Assembly: GCA_963663765.2 (NCBI GenBank)
Contig: CAXXUA010000003.1
Span: forward strand, 384,001-448,000
DNA length: 64,000 bases
Reading direction: 5' to 3'
Origin: Candidatus Poribacteria bacterium
GTDB taxonomy: Bacteria > Poribacteria > WGA-4E > WGA-3G
The translations under genes and the position numbers were made by a program. This document shows positions 54,440-64,000 of this stretch, one piece after another (position 1 is the first letter of the stretch; each line of letters starts with the position of its first letter). A model generated the notes under the pieces. That model made no database searches, had not been told where the DNA came from, and saw only the letters and a program-made list of their open reading frames with translations.

Positions 54440-54706
54440 GACCGATTTCAACTAATCCCACCGTGACGGCGCGTGTTTAGCAGGATTGCTGCGCCACTTG
54501 CTTATTGCTCCGTCTGCTGTGCTGGACGTTTGCTCTATGTGGCATAGCCTTCGTGCTGTCCGCCCTACGATATAGACAACATCAATACATTTCGGGTTTC
54601 GCTTCGCTCTACCTGCCCTGCCAACTATGGTGAAATTTGAAAATAAGTTTACATTTCTACAATTTACCATATTGGCTGTCATGTAAGTATCCTATTCTTT
54701 TCTTTG

Positions 54707-55522
54707 GTAGGAGCGACCTCCTAGTCACGACTGTTTTGATACGTGGTCTCCAAACGGTCGCGACCGAGAGGTCGCTCCAGGCGTGCCTTATAAGCGCGCC
54801 CCGCACTCCCCTGCACTCAACTGCAGCTCCCCCCACTGCAGGCGTGCTTTGTAAGCGCGCCCGATTGCAGGCGTGCTTTGTAAGCGCGCCCCGCCCTCCC
54901 CCGCACTCCTCTGCAGGCGTGCTTTGTAAGCGCGCCCCGCCCTCCCCCGCACTCCTCTGCAGGCGTGCTTTGTAAGCGCGCCCCGCACTCCCCTGCACTC
55001 CCCTGCAGGCGTGCTTTGTAAGCGCGCCCCGCACTCCCCTGCACTCCCCTGCAGGCGTGCTTTGTAAGCGCGCCGTTGCCAATCCTGTGTTTATCGGCGC
55101 GATTACAAAGCACGCCTACCAGGATGAGGTATTTAACACTTGACTTTTTCTTATGTTGACACATATTGGTCTCTGCGCCCTGCCGCAACTGATTAAATGA
55201 GAGATTACGGGACAATAGAGACCAATATGTGTCAACATAAGACAATATTGTTAATATCAACCATACTCTTCAGTCCCGACAAATGCCATACGGGGAATGC
55301 CTAAATGGCATTCATACCGTTGATTTGGCGCATTTGGCGTTGATTTGGTAGGGACGATATGTTTATTCTTCTATTCCGTTCCAACGGAACTCAATTAATG
55401 CTGAAAACATTTTCTATAAACATATCGTCCCTACGGGACAAAAGACATGGACAAGATGGTATCACATAAAATTAATGACATAGCAAAATATTATCAAAAA
55501 TATTGAAAACTAAATAACACTG
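54707..55522. mobile_element. Nested MITE/REP cluster with an inverted gcgcgcttacaaagcacgcc tandem array
   Basis: Reverse-complement relative of 46320-46745; ISAs1-like end at ~55522. Confidence 0.8.
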
Positions 55523-55631
55523 CTAATTAAGAAATTATGGTGACAACAAAATTGTTTTATGTTATACTTTAGAGTTGTAATGGATATGATATAAAGTCTG
55601 CTTGCATAACGATAGGATAAAACATCTAATT

Positions 55632-56832
55632 ATGAATCTATCATCTGTTTTATTTAAAACTGCCGTTTCTTTTACATCACTTGCAACATCAGTTGTGACT
55701 TCCTCAACTGATACCATTGAGATGCCTACCGAACCCACCCGCGAATATCCGAGAAAGTTTTGAGATGCCTTCGTTTTATCAACAATGGATTGATGTCGGA
55801 GGTTTTCCTGTTGTCGCCTCGGAGAAGGTCAATCCGCATGCGTTGCGTGAAGCTGCATGGCTCATCCAACAAGTTATTGGACACCGTCCAGATTTACTTG
55901 AGGCATTGGCTGAAAACAACGTTCGGTTCTCTATCATGGCTTACGATGAGATGACGACGAAGATTCCAGAACATAGCGATCTAAAACCCGATTTTTATTG
56001 GGATCGTCGCGCTCGAGGTTTGGGTGCTACAAGGCACCGTCCATCTGTTAGTTGTGGTGAGGAAAATCTGCTGAATTATCCAGGTGACCCTTACGGAACT
56101 GAAAATATTCTGGTTCACGAGTTTGCCCATGCAATACATCAAATGGGATTTAGTACCGTTGACCCAGATTTTGATAAACGTCTCAAGGTACTATATGAGA
56201 AAGCAATGGAAAAGGGTTTGTGGAAAGGCACTTATGCTTCTTCAAACAAAGAGGAGTATTGGGCGGAAGGTACACAATCATGGTTCAATACGAACAGAGA
56301 AAACGATGCACAACATAATCATGTGAGTAAACGAGGTATATTGAAAGAATATGATCCTGACTTGGCTGCACTACTCACGGAAATTTATGGTGATGGTGAT
56401 TGGCGGTATACTAACGCTGTCCAACGTCTTAATCTACCACATTTGCAAGGATACAATCCTGAAAATGCACCTAAGTTTGAATGGCCCACTGACTTGGCCG
56501 CGAGTTACGATCAACTGTTTGATCCAAACTGCCAAGGAAATGACAGATGGATAAGTCTGAATCGGTATGAACAGAGTGAACTGTCAACACTGAAATCAGA
56601 AGATGGCGAGCATTCCGCGATACTTTTTGTGAACAAAACTGAGGTAGACATATCTTATTATTGGGTAGACACAGAGGGCAATGAGTCTTACCGTGGTCGC
56701 GTTGCAGCTAACGCATTCGGTGTTCAACATACGCATGCTGGACACGTTTGGCTTGTCAAAGATTCAAATGGTGACAACATAGCCATTTTTCAAGGGAAAG
56801 AAAAAACAGGACGTGCATTAATTGGAGAGTGA
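55632..56832 (+). CDS. Zinc metallopeptidase (HEXXH) with C-terminal VHL-beta-like domain; frameshift near 55735
   Basis: ENILVHEFAHAIH, EEYWAEG; ILFVNKT...YYWVD.EG....HTHAGHVWLVKD. Confidence 0.8.
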
Positions 56833-57053
56833 TATGTATTGATCTCTCTGATTGTCACGATGAGAATATGGACTATTTTAGGTTCATTACGGCGCGCTTA
56901 CAAAGCACGCCTGCAGTTAGGGGCGCGCTTACAAAGCACGCCTGCAATTAGAAACGAATGAATTAATCATATTTATAACCGTTTATGATGAAGCATTATA
57001 CCTAATGTCTTCTTCAAAACTATCAATTTTATTTATTTTGAAAGGAAAAGAAA

Positions 57054-58073
57054 ATGAAAAAATTCTTTTTACGCATTTCAGTATTGGTATTTGCATGTTT
57101 ATTGGTCCTCCCGCTGCTTGCAGATAATCACGAGAGTAGTATCCTGGACAAAGTTAAAAAGCGGGGTAAGTTAGTCTGTGGTGTAAACGGTGGTCTACCA
57201 GGTTTTGGGTTTCTTGCTGAAGATGGTAAATGGAGCGGCTTTGATACGGATTTCGGGCGCGCAATCGCAGCCGCAGTCCTCGGGGATGCTGATAAAGTTG
57301 AATTTGTACCTCTAAATGCTGCCGAACGATTCACCGCACTTCAATCGGGTGAAATAGATGTCCTAATCCGAAACACCACTTGGACTTTGGGACGAGATAC
57401 TGAGTTGAATACTGATTTTGCACCACCGACATTTTACGACGGACAAGGATTCATGGTCGCTAAATCCCTCAATATAAAATCGCTTAATCAGTTAGATGGA
57501 GCAAGCATCGGTGTTACCGCAGGCAGTACAACTGAGTTAAACCTTGCTGATACCTTTCGGACCTTAGGGGTTAAGTACAAAGAGGTGACCTATGAGGATA
57601 TTGACACACTTTACAGTAGCTACGATGCAGGGCGCGTGGATGCTGTTACCAGTGACAAGTCGCAGCTTGTTGCGCGAAGGAATGATCTCAAGAACCCAGA
57701 TGATCACGTTATCCTCGATATTACTATCTCAAAGGAACCTTTGGGTCCCCTCACAATACACGGCGACAACAAATGGAATGATGTTGTGAGTTGGGTGGTC
57801 TATGCAACGTTCTTTGCAGAAGAGCATAAGATTACTCAAAAGAATGTGGAGGAGTATGAAACGGAAAATCCAGAAATCCAACGCTTTTTGGGTGAAACCG
57901 GTGATATCGGTGAAAAACTTGGACTACCTGCCGACTGGGCAAAACAGGTAATAATGTCAGTAGGTAACTATGGAGAGATTTTTGAACGAAATCTCACTCC
58001 TATCGGTTTGCCTCGAGGTGTTAATAAACCGTGGACTGAAGGCGGTTTGCTTTATTCTATGCCGTTCCGTTAG
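57054..58073 (+). CDS. aapJ: General L-amino-acid ABC transporter substrate-binding protein (AapJ/BztA-like)
   Basis: RFTALQSGEIDVLIRNTTWT, FYDGQGFMV, ISKEPLGP, VGNYGEIFERN. Confidence 0.9.
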   Translation: MKKFFLRISVLVFACLLVLPLLADNHESSILDKVKKRGKLVCGVNGGLPGFGFLAEDGKWSGFDTDFGRAIAAAVLGDADKVEFVPLNAAERFTALQSGEIDVLIRNTTWTLGRDTELNTDFAPPTFYDGQGFMVAKSLNIKSLNQLDGASIGVTAGSTTELNLADTFRTLGVKYKEVTYEDIDTLYSSYDAGRVDAVTSDKSQLVARRNDLKNPDDHVILDITISKEPLGPLTIHGDNKWNDVVSWVVYATFFAEEHKITQKNVEEYETENPEIQRFLGETGDIGEKLGLPADWAKQVIMSVGNYGEIFERNLTPIGLPRGVNKPWTEGGLLYSMPFR

Positions 58074-58181
58074 GCTTTACAATTTTCCTTGGATTTATTT
58101 GTAGATGGGTTTATTCAACTCATCTACAAGTAATTGAATTTTGATTGTTTTCATAATGCTTGTTAACCTCAGTAAAGTTAT

Positions 58182-58652
58182 TATACCAATTCAAAATAAT
58201 CTTGTCTCATTAAGGAATTCTACTGTTTACTGGCAGGGGGTTACTCTCTTCGGTAGGAGCGACCTCCCGGTCGCGACCGTGAGGTCGCTCCTACCAGATT
58301 TACGCTGCTAATGAGACATTTTCACTGAAAATGGTAAAACAATAGGACTTACGCAATTTTCATAAATAATCAAGAATTATGGCAAGAATGACGTAATTTC
58401 AGTATGTTTTCGGTTTCTAACGCCAAATCAAGAAAACAAGAAAACAAGAAAACAACGGTATGAATGCCTTTTGGCATTCCCCGCCTACAAAGCGCGCCTA
58501 CCGTTGGGTGCGTAAGTCTTTAATTAAGAATTCTTTAAACTAAATTGACACCTATGAGTTATACCAAATTAACGGAATTTATCTTTTTCCAACGGTAGGT
58601 GCGGTTTCCTAACCGCACACTTAGCAAGACGGATTACGTTAATTGGGTATTA
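58182..58652. mobile_element. MITE cluster (inverted 157-bp unit, CAGGACTTACGCA MITE, tatacc-ended element)
   Basis: Matches units seen elsewhere in the window. Confidence 0.75.
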
Positions 58653-58830
58653 GTTCATTAACTTTACCTATAAGAAAATTAAGCATAGGTTTTTGTATTG
58701 CTATAGTTTTGACAATCTCAGTATGTTTGTGTTGTTGCATGTGTTTATGGTGTAAAGTGTCTTAGTGAACTTACTATAGAGAATTCTCAAAATTGTTCAA
58801 ACTATAGTAAATTTGAAAGAGTAACTTGTA

Positions 58831-61443
58831 ATGAAATATCTTTGCCCATTGTTAGGAATTCTCTTAGTTTTTTTTAGTTGCACCACAGGACAACAAGTAG
58901 ATATTCCTGACGACAATCTAACTTTAGCAATCCGCGATAACCTGGGATTGCGACCAGGCGCGCCTATAAAAGGATGGAATCTGCGAAAATTAAATAAACT
59001 ATCAGCACCTCAATATGAAATCAAAGACTTAAGCGGTTTAGAAAATGCAAAAAACCTGACCATTTTAGAGCTTTACGGCAACCAAATTACTGACATCTCC
59101 ACACTCGCGAAATTAAAAAAACTAAGAAAATTAACGCTCAGTGCTAATCAGATTACAGATATTACGCCGCTTGTGAGATTACAACAACTTACACATTTAG
59201 CACTTGATCAGAATCATATTAAAGACTTCACACCGATTGAAAATCTGACAAAAATAGAATTTCTAAGTATTGATAAGAATCCTGCCCACATACCTAAAAA
59301 CCATACTAAACTACTTAAAACTAAAGACAACTTGAGAGATCAAAATACACCATATTCTACAAATGTAAATCAATATGATACACAAACAAACTTACCAGAG
59401 GGAGCAATAGCACGGTTTGGTAAGGGTGGTATCAACGTGATGCAATTCTCTCCGAATGGAAAATATCTTGCAGTTGGCACTGATATCGGTGTCTGGGTAT
59501 ATGACAGTGCTTCAGGTAAAGAAAGATTCTTCTCTGTAGACACAATCGGGCAATCCAATGCAATCGCGTTTTCCCCTAACGGAAGAATTCTTGCAAGCGG
59601 CGGTTCTTCAAATCCAAATTTACAATTATGGGATATTGAATCAGGAGATCATCTCTTAAACATACCTCTACCAATTTCAGTTAATTCACACCTGATGAAT
59701 AAAAAAGAAGTAACACATGTAAAATCGGTTGCTGCTTTGACTTTTTCACAGGATGGAAAAACACTTCTTAGTATCAGTTTTTCTGGGGTTATTAACTATT
59801 GGGATGTGGGTTCTGGCAACAAAATATCAGAACATCATAGCAATTTTGATTCCGAAGGTGTATTAGCACTATCCCAAGACGGCAGCACTTTCGGTTGTGG
59901 ATATTGGAGTGGAAAGATATGGTCGGGAGACCCGTCCACAGGAGAACGAGATGGGGAACATAAAGGACATTCCAGTTTTCTCAGCAATATGCTCAATAAG
60001 ACAAAATACAAACGTGTCCGAGCATTAGCATTCTCAACAGATGGAGAATTATTCGCAAGTGGTAGTGAAGACAAAAAAGTACAAATTTGGAACACACCAC
60101 GCAATTCTAAACTTGCTACACTCAAAGGACATACTGGATGGATAACTGCACTTTCATTTTCTAAAGATACTAAAAAACTTGCAAGCGGTGATACGGACAA
60201 TACCGTTCACTTATGGGACGTACGTAAAAAACGGAAAATTGCTGTCTTCAAAGGACATACAAACGGTATACTGGCAATAGCTTTTACATCCGATGGTAAA
60301 ACATTAGCGACAGGTAGTGCAGATGGAACAGTCCGGTTTTGGGATGTTAATTCACATCAACCTATATCAACCTTTGCAACAGGACATACTGAGTTGGTTA
60401 AGTCCGTAGCATTTTCCAACGATGGTAATAAGGTGTCCATTGCTCACTATAACGCAACAGTAGAAAAGTGGGATATCAAGTCTACAACGAGATTGAAATT
60501 ATTCAACAATTTTCCGCAACATCTCACATACGCTTTGGCGTTGTCGCCAGACGGTAGTCATCTTGCATGTCATAATATTGTTGGTAGAATCTCCTTTAAT
60601 TCACAAGGTTGGCAAACAATTATTGAATATCTCGGTAACGATATAACTCGGATATTCAAATTAGATACTGTACAAGAACTACCTCATCTGACAGAAGCAT
60701 TCGGTGCTATGGCTTTTTCGAATGACAACAAGATACTTGTAAGTAAGAGTTCACACAATATCGTGCCGTGGGAAAAAACAACGGACAGTGAGGTAGGGAT
60801 GCATTTTAATTTGACTGTAGGTTATAGTAAAGACATTTTCATGTCTGATGTACATACTGGCGCGGAGTTGTTCCGTTTTTATTTCGCACAACGCGGAAGG
60901 GTCTTGTCTCAAGAAGGTTTACATCCGAATACACCATTGCTGTTTTCTCCCAACGGTTCAGAATTTGCGGTAGGTCCGAATGTGTTTAGTGTTGGTCAGT
61001 GGAATCCAATTACAGAATATGGATCTGATAAATATCAAATAGTCGCGTATTCACAGGACAATACCGTAGTTGCAATTCAAGATGATAAAGGTGTAAAAAA
61101 AGATATTCACTTGTGGGATATTTCGACACCAACTGAACCAAAGAAACTCAACACAATAAATTTACCAAATATTTTTGGTAGCAGACCTGTCGCGTTGTCA
61201 CCTAACGGAACTATTCTCATTGAAGCAACTAAAATATATTTTGACACATATTGCGAGGCAAATATCTCTCTATGGGATATCAATACCAGAAAGAAACTAC
61301 TATCTCTCCCTGGACACACTGAACACATTGAAACACTTACATTTTCACCTGATGGAGAAATGTTTGCAAGCGGATCTGAAGATGGCACTGTCATTTTATG
61401 GGACTGGTATGACATCCTAAGCAAAATAAATATGGAAAATTAA
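58831..61443 (+). CDS. LRR + WD40-repeat lipoprotein
   Basis: Lipobox FFSC; internalin-type LRRs; many GH...FSPDG..LASGS.D..V.LWD repeats. Confidence 0.9.
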   Translation: MKYLCPLLGILLVFFSCTTGQQVDIPDDNLTLAIRDNLGLRPGAPIKGWNLRKLNKLSAPQYEIKDLSGLENAKNLTILELYGNQITDISTLAKLKKLRKLTLSANQITDITPLVRLQQLTHLALDQNHIKDFTPIENLTKIEFLSIDKNPAHIPKNHTKLLKTKDNLRDQNTPYSTNVNQYDTQTNLPEGAIARFGKGGINVMQFSPNGKYLAVGTDIGVWVYDSASGKERFFSVDTIGQSNAIAFSPNGRILASGGSSNPNLQLWDIESGDHLLNIPLPISVNSHLMNKKEVTHVKSVAALTFSQDGKTLLSISFSGVINYWDVGSGNKISEHHSNFDSEGVLALSQDGSTFGCGYWSGKIWSGDPSTGERDGEHKGHSSFLSNMLNKTKYKRVRALAFSTDGELFASGSEDKKVQIWNTPRNSKLATLKGHTGWITALSFSKDTKKLASGDTDNTVHLWDVRKKRKIAVFKGHTNGILAIAFTSDGKTLATGSADGTVRFWDVNSHQPISTFATGHTELVKSVAFSNDGNKVSIAHYNATVEKWDIKSTTRLKLFNNFPQHLTYALALSPDGSHLACHNIVGRISFNSQGWQTIIEYLGNDITRIFKLDTVQELPHLTEAFGAMAFSNDNKILVSKSSHNIVPWEKTTDSEVGMHFNLTVGYSKDIFMSDVHTGAELFRFYFAQRGRVLSQEGLHPNTPLLFSPNGSEFAVGPNVFSVGQWNPITEYGSDKYQIVAYSQDNTVVAIQDDKGVKKDIHLWDISTPTEPKKLNTINLPNIFGSRPVALSPNGTILIEATKIYFDTYCEANISLWDINTRKKLLSLPGHTEHIETLTFSPDGEMFASGSEDGTVILWDWYDILSKINMEN

Positions 61444-61689
61444 TTTTGATAGAGATTTCTCATAATTTGTTTATAGTGGATTTTAGAAATATTTTTACAC
61501 TTTCAGGTGTAGGAGGGAACTCCGATTCCCGACTATCAAGGCGTTCAGTCGCGATTCGGAGATCGCTCCTACAGAACAAGTGTAAACTTAATTGTATATT
61601 TCACTATAAAACTAATCGCGCTATTTATAATTGACAAATTGCCATAGTAAACTGTAATCGGGTTGAGCGTCAATGAAACAAGATAAATG

Positions 61690-62691
61690 GGCTCATGTAT
61701 AATTTAAGTGCGATTTAATATAATTGTGATTTTTGTTGAGTTGTGTTATAGTGTAGCGTATGGATTTTCCAATACTATCTTTGATTGATGATGAACGTGC
61801 GGAGGAATGGTTGCTAAACCATTTCCACCCTCAAGGTTTATTCTGTCCCCATTGTGAAGCCAGCGTGGAGGAGGCACGCTATTTCCGAACAACAAAAACA
61901 AGTGGCTTGAAGGTATACCGCTGTAATAAATGCTCAGGTGTGTATAACCTATATAGTGGGACAGTATTTGCTCACAAGCGTTTTCGACCTGCACAAGTTG
62001 TTTTGCTCTTACAAGGTCTATGCAAAGGCTTTACGACTTCTCAGTTGGCACGCGAGCTGAATATTAGTCGTCAAACAGTGCATTATATACGACAGGTTCT
62101 GCAGACATCTGCTCAAATGCTTCAACCAGAGGCTGTTTTACCCGATACTGAAACTGAAACAGATGAGATGTTTCAAAATGCTGGTGAAAAAGGAGAACCG
62201 CATCTTGACCCAAAGGATCCACCGCGTCGGCGCGGGAATAAACGCAAAGGTCATGGCACTTATGAAAATGATCGTCCCCCTGTTATCGGCACAGTGGGTC
62301 GTGAAAGTGGTCTCGTGCGATTGCGTGTCGCACACCACACCGATGGTGCGACACTCTCAGCCCATGTGCATCAGTGGACGCTGCCGACTGCTACCGTATA
62401 TACAGATGGATGGCGCGGGTATAACGGTATTGACCGCCCCCATGCAATCGTGTGTCATAGTGATGGCGAATGGGCAAGAGATGACGATATGGATGGTTTT
62501 TGCGAAACCCACATCAATTCGATTGAAGGCGTATGGACAACGGTCCGCAACTTTCTACGCCCATTTCGCGGTGTTCATAAGAAATTCCTCGCAGGATATA
62601 TTGCTATTTGTGAATTTGCTATTAATATCAAGTCTGTCACTGTTGAATTTATATCAAAACTCGTCCAACGCACTTAATCATAACATGAGCC
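61690..62691 (+). mobile_element. IS1595-family insertion sequence
   Basis: TIRs ggctcatgt...taagtgcg / cgcacttaa...acatgagcc; 8-bp TSD gataaatg. Confidence 0.92.
61760..62677 (+). CDS. IS1595-family transposase
   Basis: CPHC...CNKC zinc finger, HTH, ETDE, YTDGW, HINSIEGVW. Confidence 0.92.
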   Translation: MDFPILSLIDDERAEEWLLNHFHPQGLFCPHCEASVEEARYFRTTKTSGLKVYRCNKCSGVYNLYSGTVFAHKRFRPAQVVLLLQGLCKGFTTSQLARELNISRQTVHYIRQVLQTSAQMLQPEAVLPDTETETDEMFQNAGEKGEPHLDPKDPPRRRGNKRKGHGTYENDRPPVIGTVGRESGLVRLRVAHHTDGATLSAHVHQWTLPTATVYTDGWRGYNGIDRPHAIVCHSDGEWARDDDMDGFCETHINSIEGVWTTVRNFLRPFRGVHKKFLAGYIAICEFAINIKSVTVEFISKLVQRT

Positions 62692-63029
62692 GATAAATGC
62701 TATACACGCATCTGACGTTGATTTTGGATGATAAACTTTCATCTAATCATAAATGTTTTACGACTTGTGCCAGTTAACCCGTTGTTTTCAAAGATTTTAC
62801 ATATATTAGGTTTATAATGCACACATATCGTCCCTACGGGACTAAAGAGGATGTCCTATGACGTTTTTCTATAAACATATCGTCCCTACGGGACTGAAGA
62901 TCATTTCAAACTATGAAGGACACCTGCAAAACGCCATGCTTATGTGAAAAAAATGATTAACATATAGTTATTTAGCACAACTCGTATGTTTTAATTAACC
63001 ACGTTCACCAAAACTACTCAGGACTTACG

Positions 63030-64000
63030 CAGGGTTATTTAGTTTTAAAAACTCTCAGTTATCAAGTTAACTGCGAGTTTAGGTTTTGAAGCTAAGTATT
63101 TTATCTCATCTGCTATACGCGTTATCCCAGCAAATCGCAACACTGCTAATGCTGTATTTCGCAAAGCAGCCATGATTTGTGGAATAGCACCGCATCGGAC
63201 AGACGATGCGTCTTCTCCAAGTTGTGTATCACGCATCCAATGCGACTTGTTCTCTATTGACCAATGCCCACGGCGTAGCTCAAGTAAACGTTGGGCAGAA
63301 GTTTCTTCGGGTGTCAGACTTGTAATACCATAATGGATTTTGGTTTTTTCTTCTCCTGTTTTCGTATTTTTGTAAGTATAACGATATTGGAACACTTGTG
63401 CTATACCTGGCCAATCCAGATATGCGTTGAGACTTGTGCTTGCTTTCAAACACCTTGTCTCTATTCTACCATGTGATTTTTCAGAAGTCTCGTGAGTGTA
63501 AATAGGGGCTCCCAATTTAGGATGTGGTGTGTTATCAGAAAGCGTGTCTGGAACGTCTTGAAAGAGTTTTTGGATCTCATCGTAAAGGTCCGGTTGGTTC
63601 TTTTTGACAGGGAGCACATAGTCTCCATTACCCTCTATGATGGCGTGGCAGAATGGTCGCTGTGTCAAAAGTGCGTCTGTTGTGATGACTTTACCACTCA
63701 CATCAAAGTTTTTGAGGATCTCTGTTGAGATCGGTATTTCGTTGGTTTTATCACTGACACCTTTTTGTGTAAGTGTGACGCCTAACTCATGAGACACAAC
63801 AGAGAGTAAATGGCTTATTGTCGCACCACTTTTCTTACTGGCACGCATCGTTTTACCGTCTATAGCGACTGCGTCAAGACAACCTTCTAAATCAGGTCGA
63901 CTTTGACAAACGTCTTCTACCCAGTCTGTAAATGTCTTTTCAACAGCATCAGCATCTAAATCTTTTAGAACATTATGTATTGTTGCGGGACAAGGTGTTT
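63030..64000 (-). mobile_element. ISAs1-family IS (transposase stop at 63045; 5' part beyond the window)
   Basis: AIDGKTMR, KTNEIP, TTDALLTQ, VKKNQ, HGRIETR, RGHWSIENKSHW.RD; end cagggttatttagtttt. Confidence 0.92.

Overview
Low-GC bacterial window, probably Candidatus Poribacteria. This is inferred from a giant LRR/cadherin protein ending in an 'LLPNFPNPFNPETWIPYQL' FlgD-like tail, an LRR+WD40 protein, a dockerin-tailed nuclease and very dense GTAG-REP/MITE repeats. Housekeeping islands (glyA-folC, K+-dependent membrane pyrophosphatase, ilvD, L,D-transpeptidase-like gene, RluA/RluD pseudouridine synthase, aldo-keto reductase, AapJ-like binding protein) alternate with accessory DNA. That DNA comprises TA-rich islets, a ~13 kb decayed plasmid/defence-like island (28.8-41.8 kb) with two internal duplications, a toxin-immunity-like pair, three IS elements (IS1634, IS1595, ISAs1) and many nested or tandemly amplified miniature elements. 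The best candidate for an undescribed system is an intact, overlapping two-gene unit at 36.5-37.8 kb: an anchor-less GT51 transglycosylase-domain protein plus a Pol-beta-like nucleotidyltransferase, set among restriction and nuclease remnants. Other notable signals are a ~35-nt element that inserts at C^G inside REP palindromes, head-to-tail 157-bp MITE arrays flanking the giant adhesin, and an unannotated small ORF with structured RNA at 33.7-34.3 kb. There is no CRISPR array, rRNA or recognisable tRNA. Several frameshifts lie in homopolymers and may be sequencing errors. All calls were made by eye; no searches were run.
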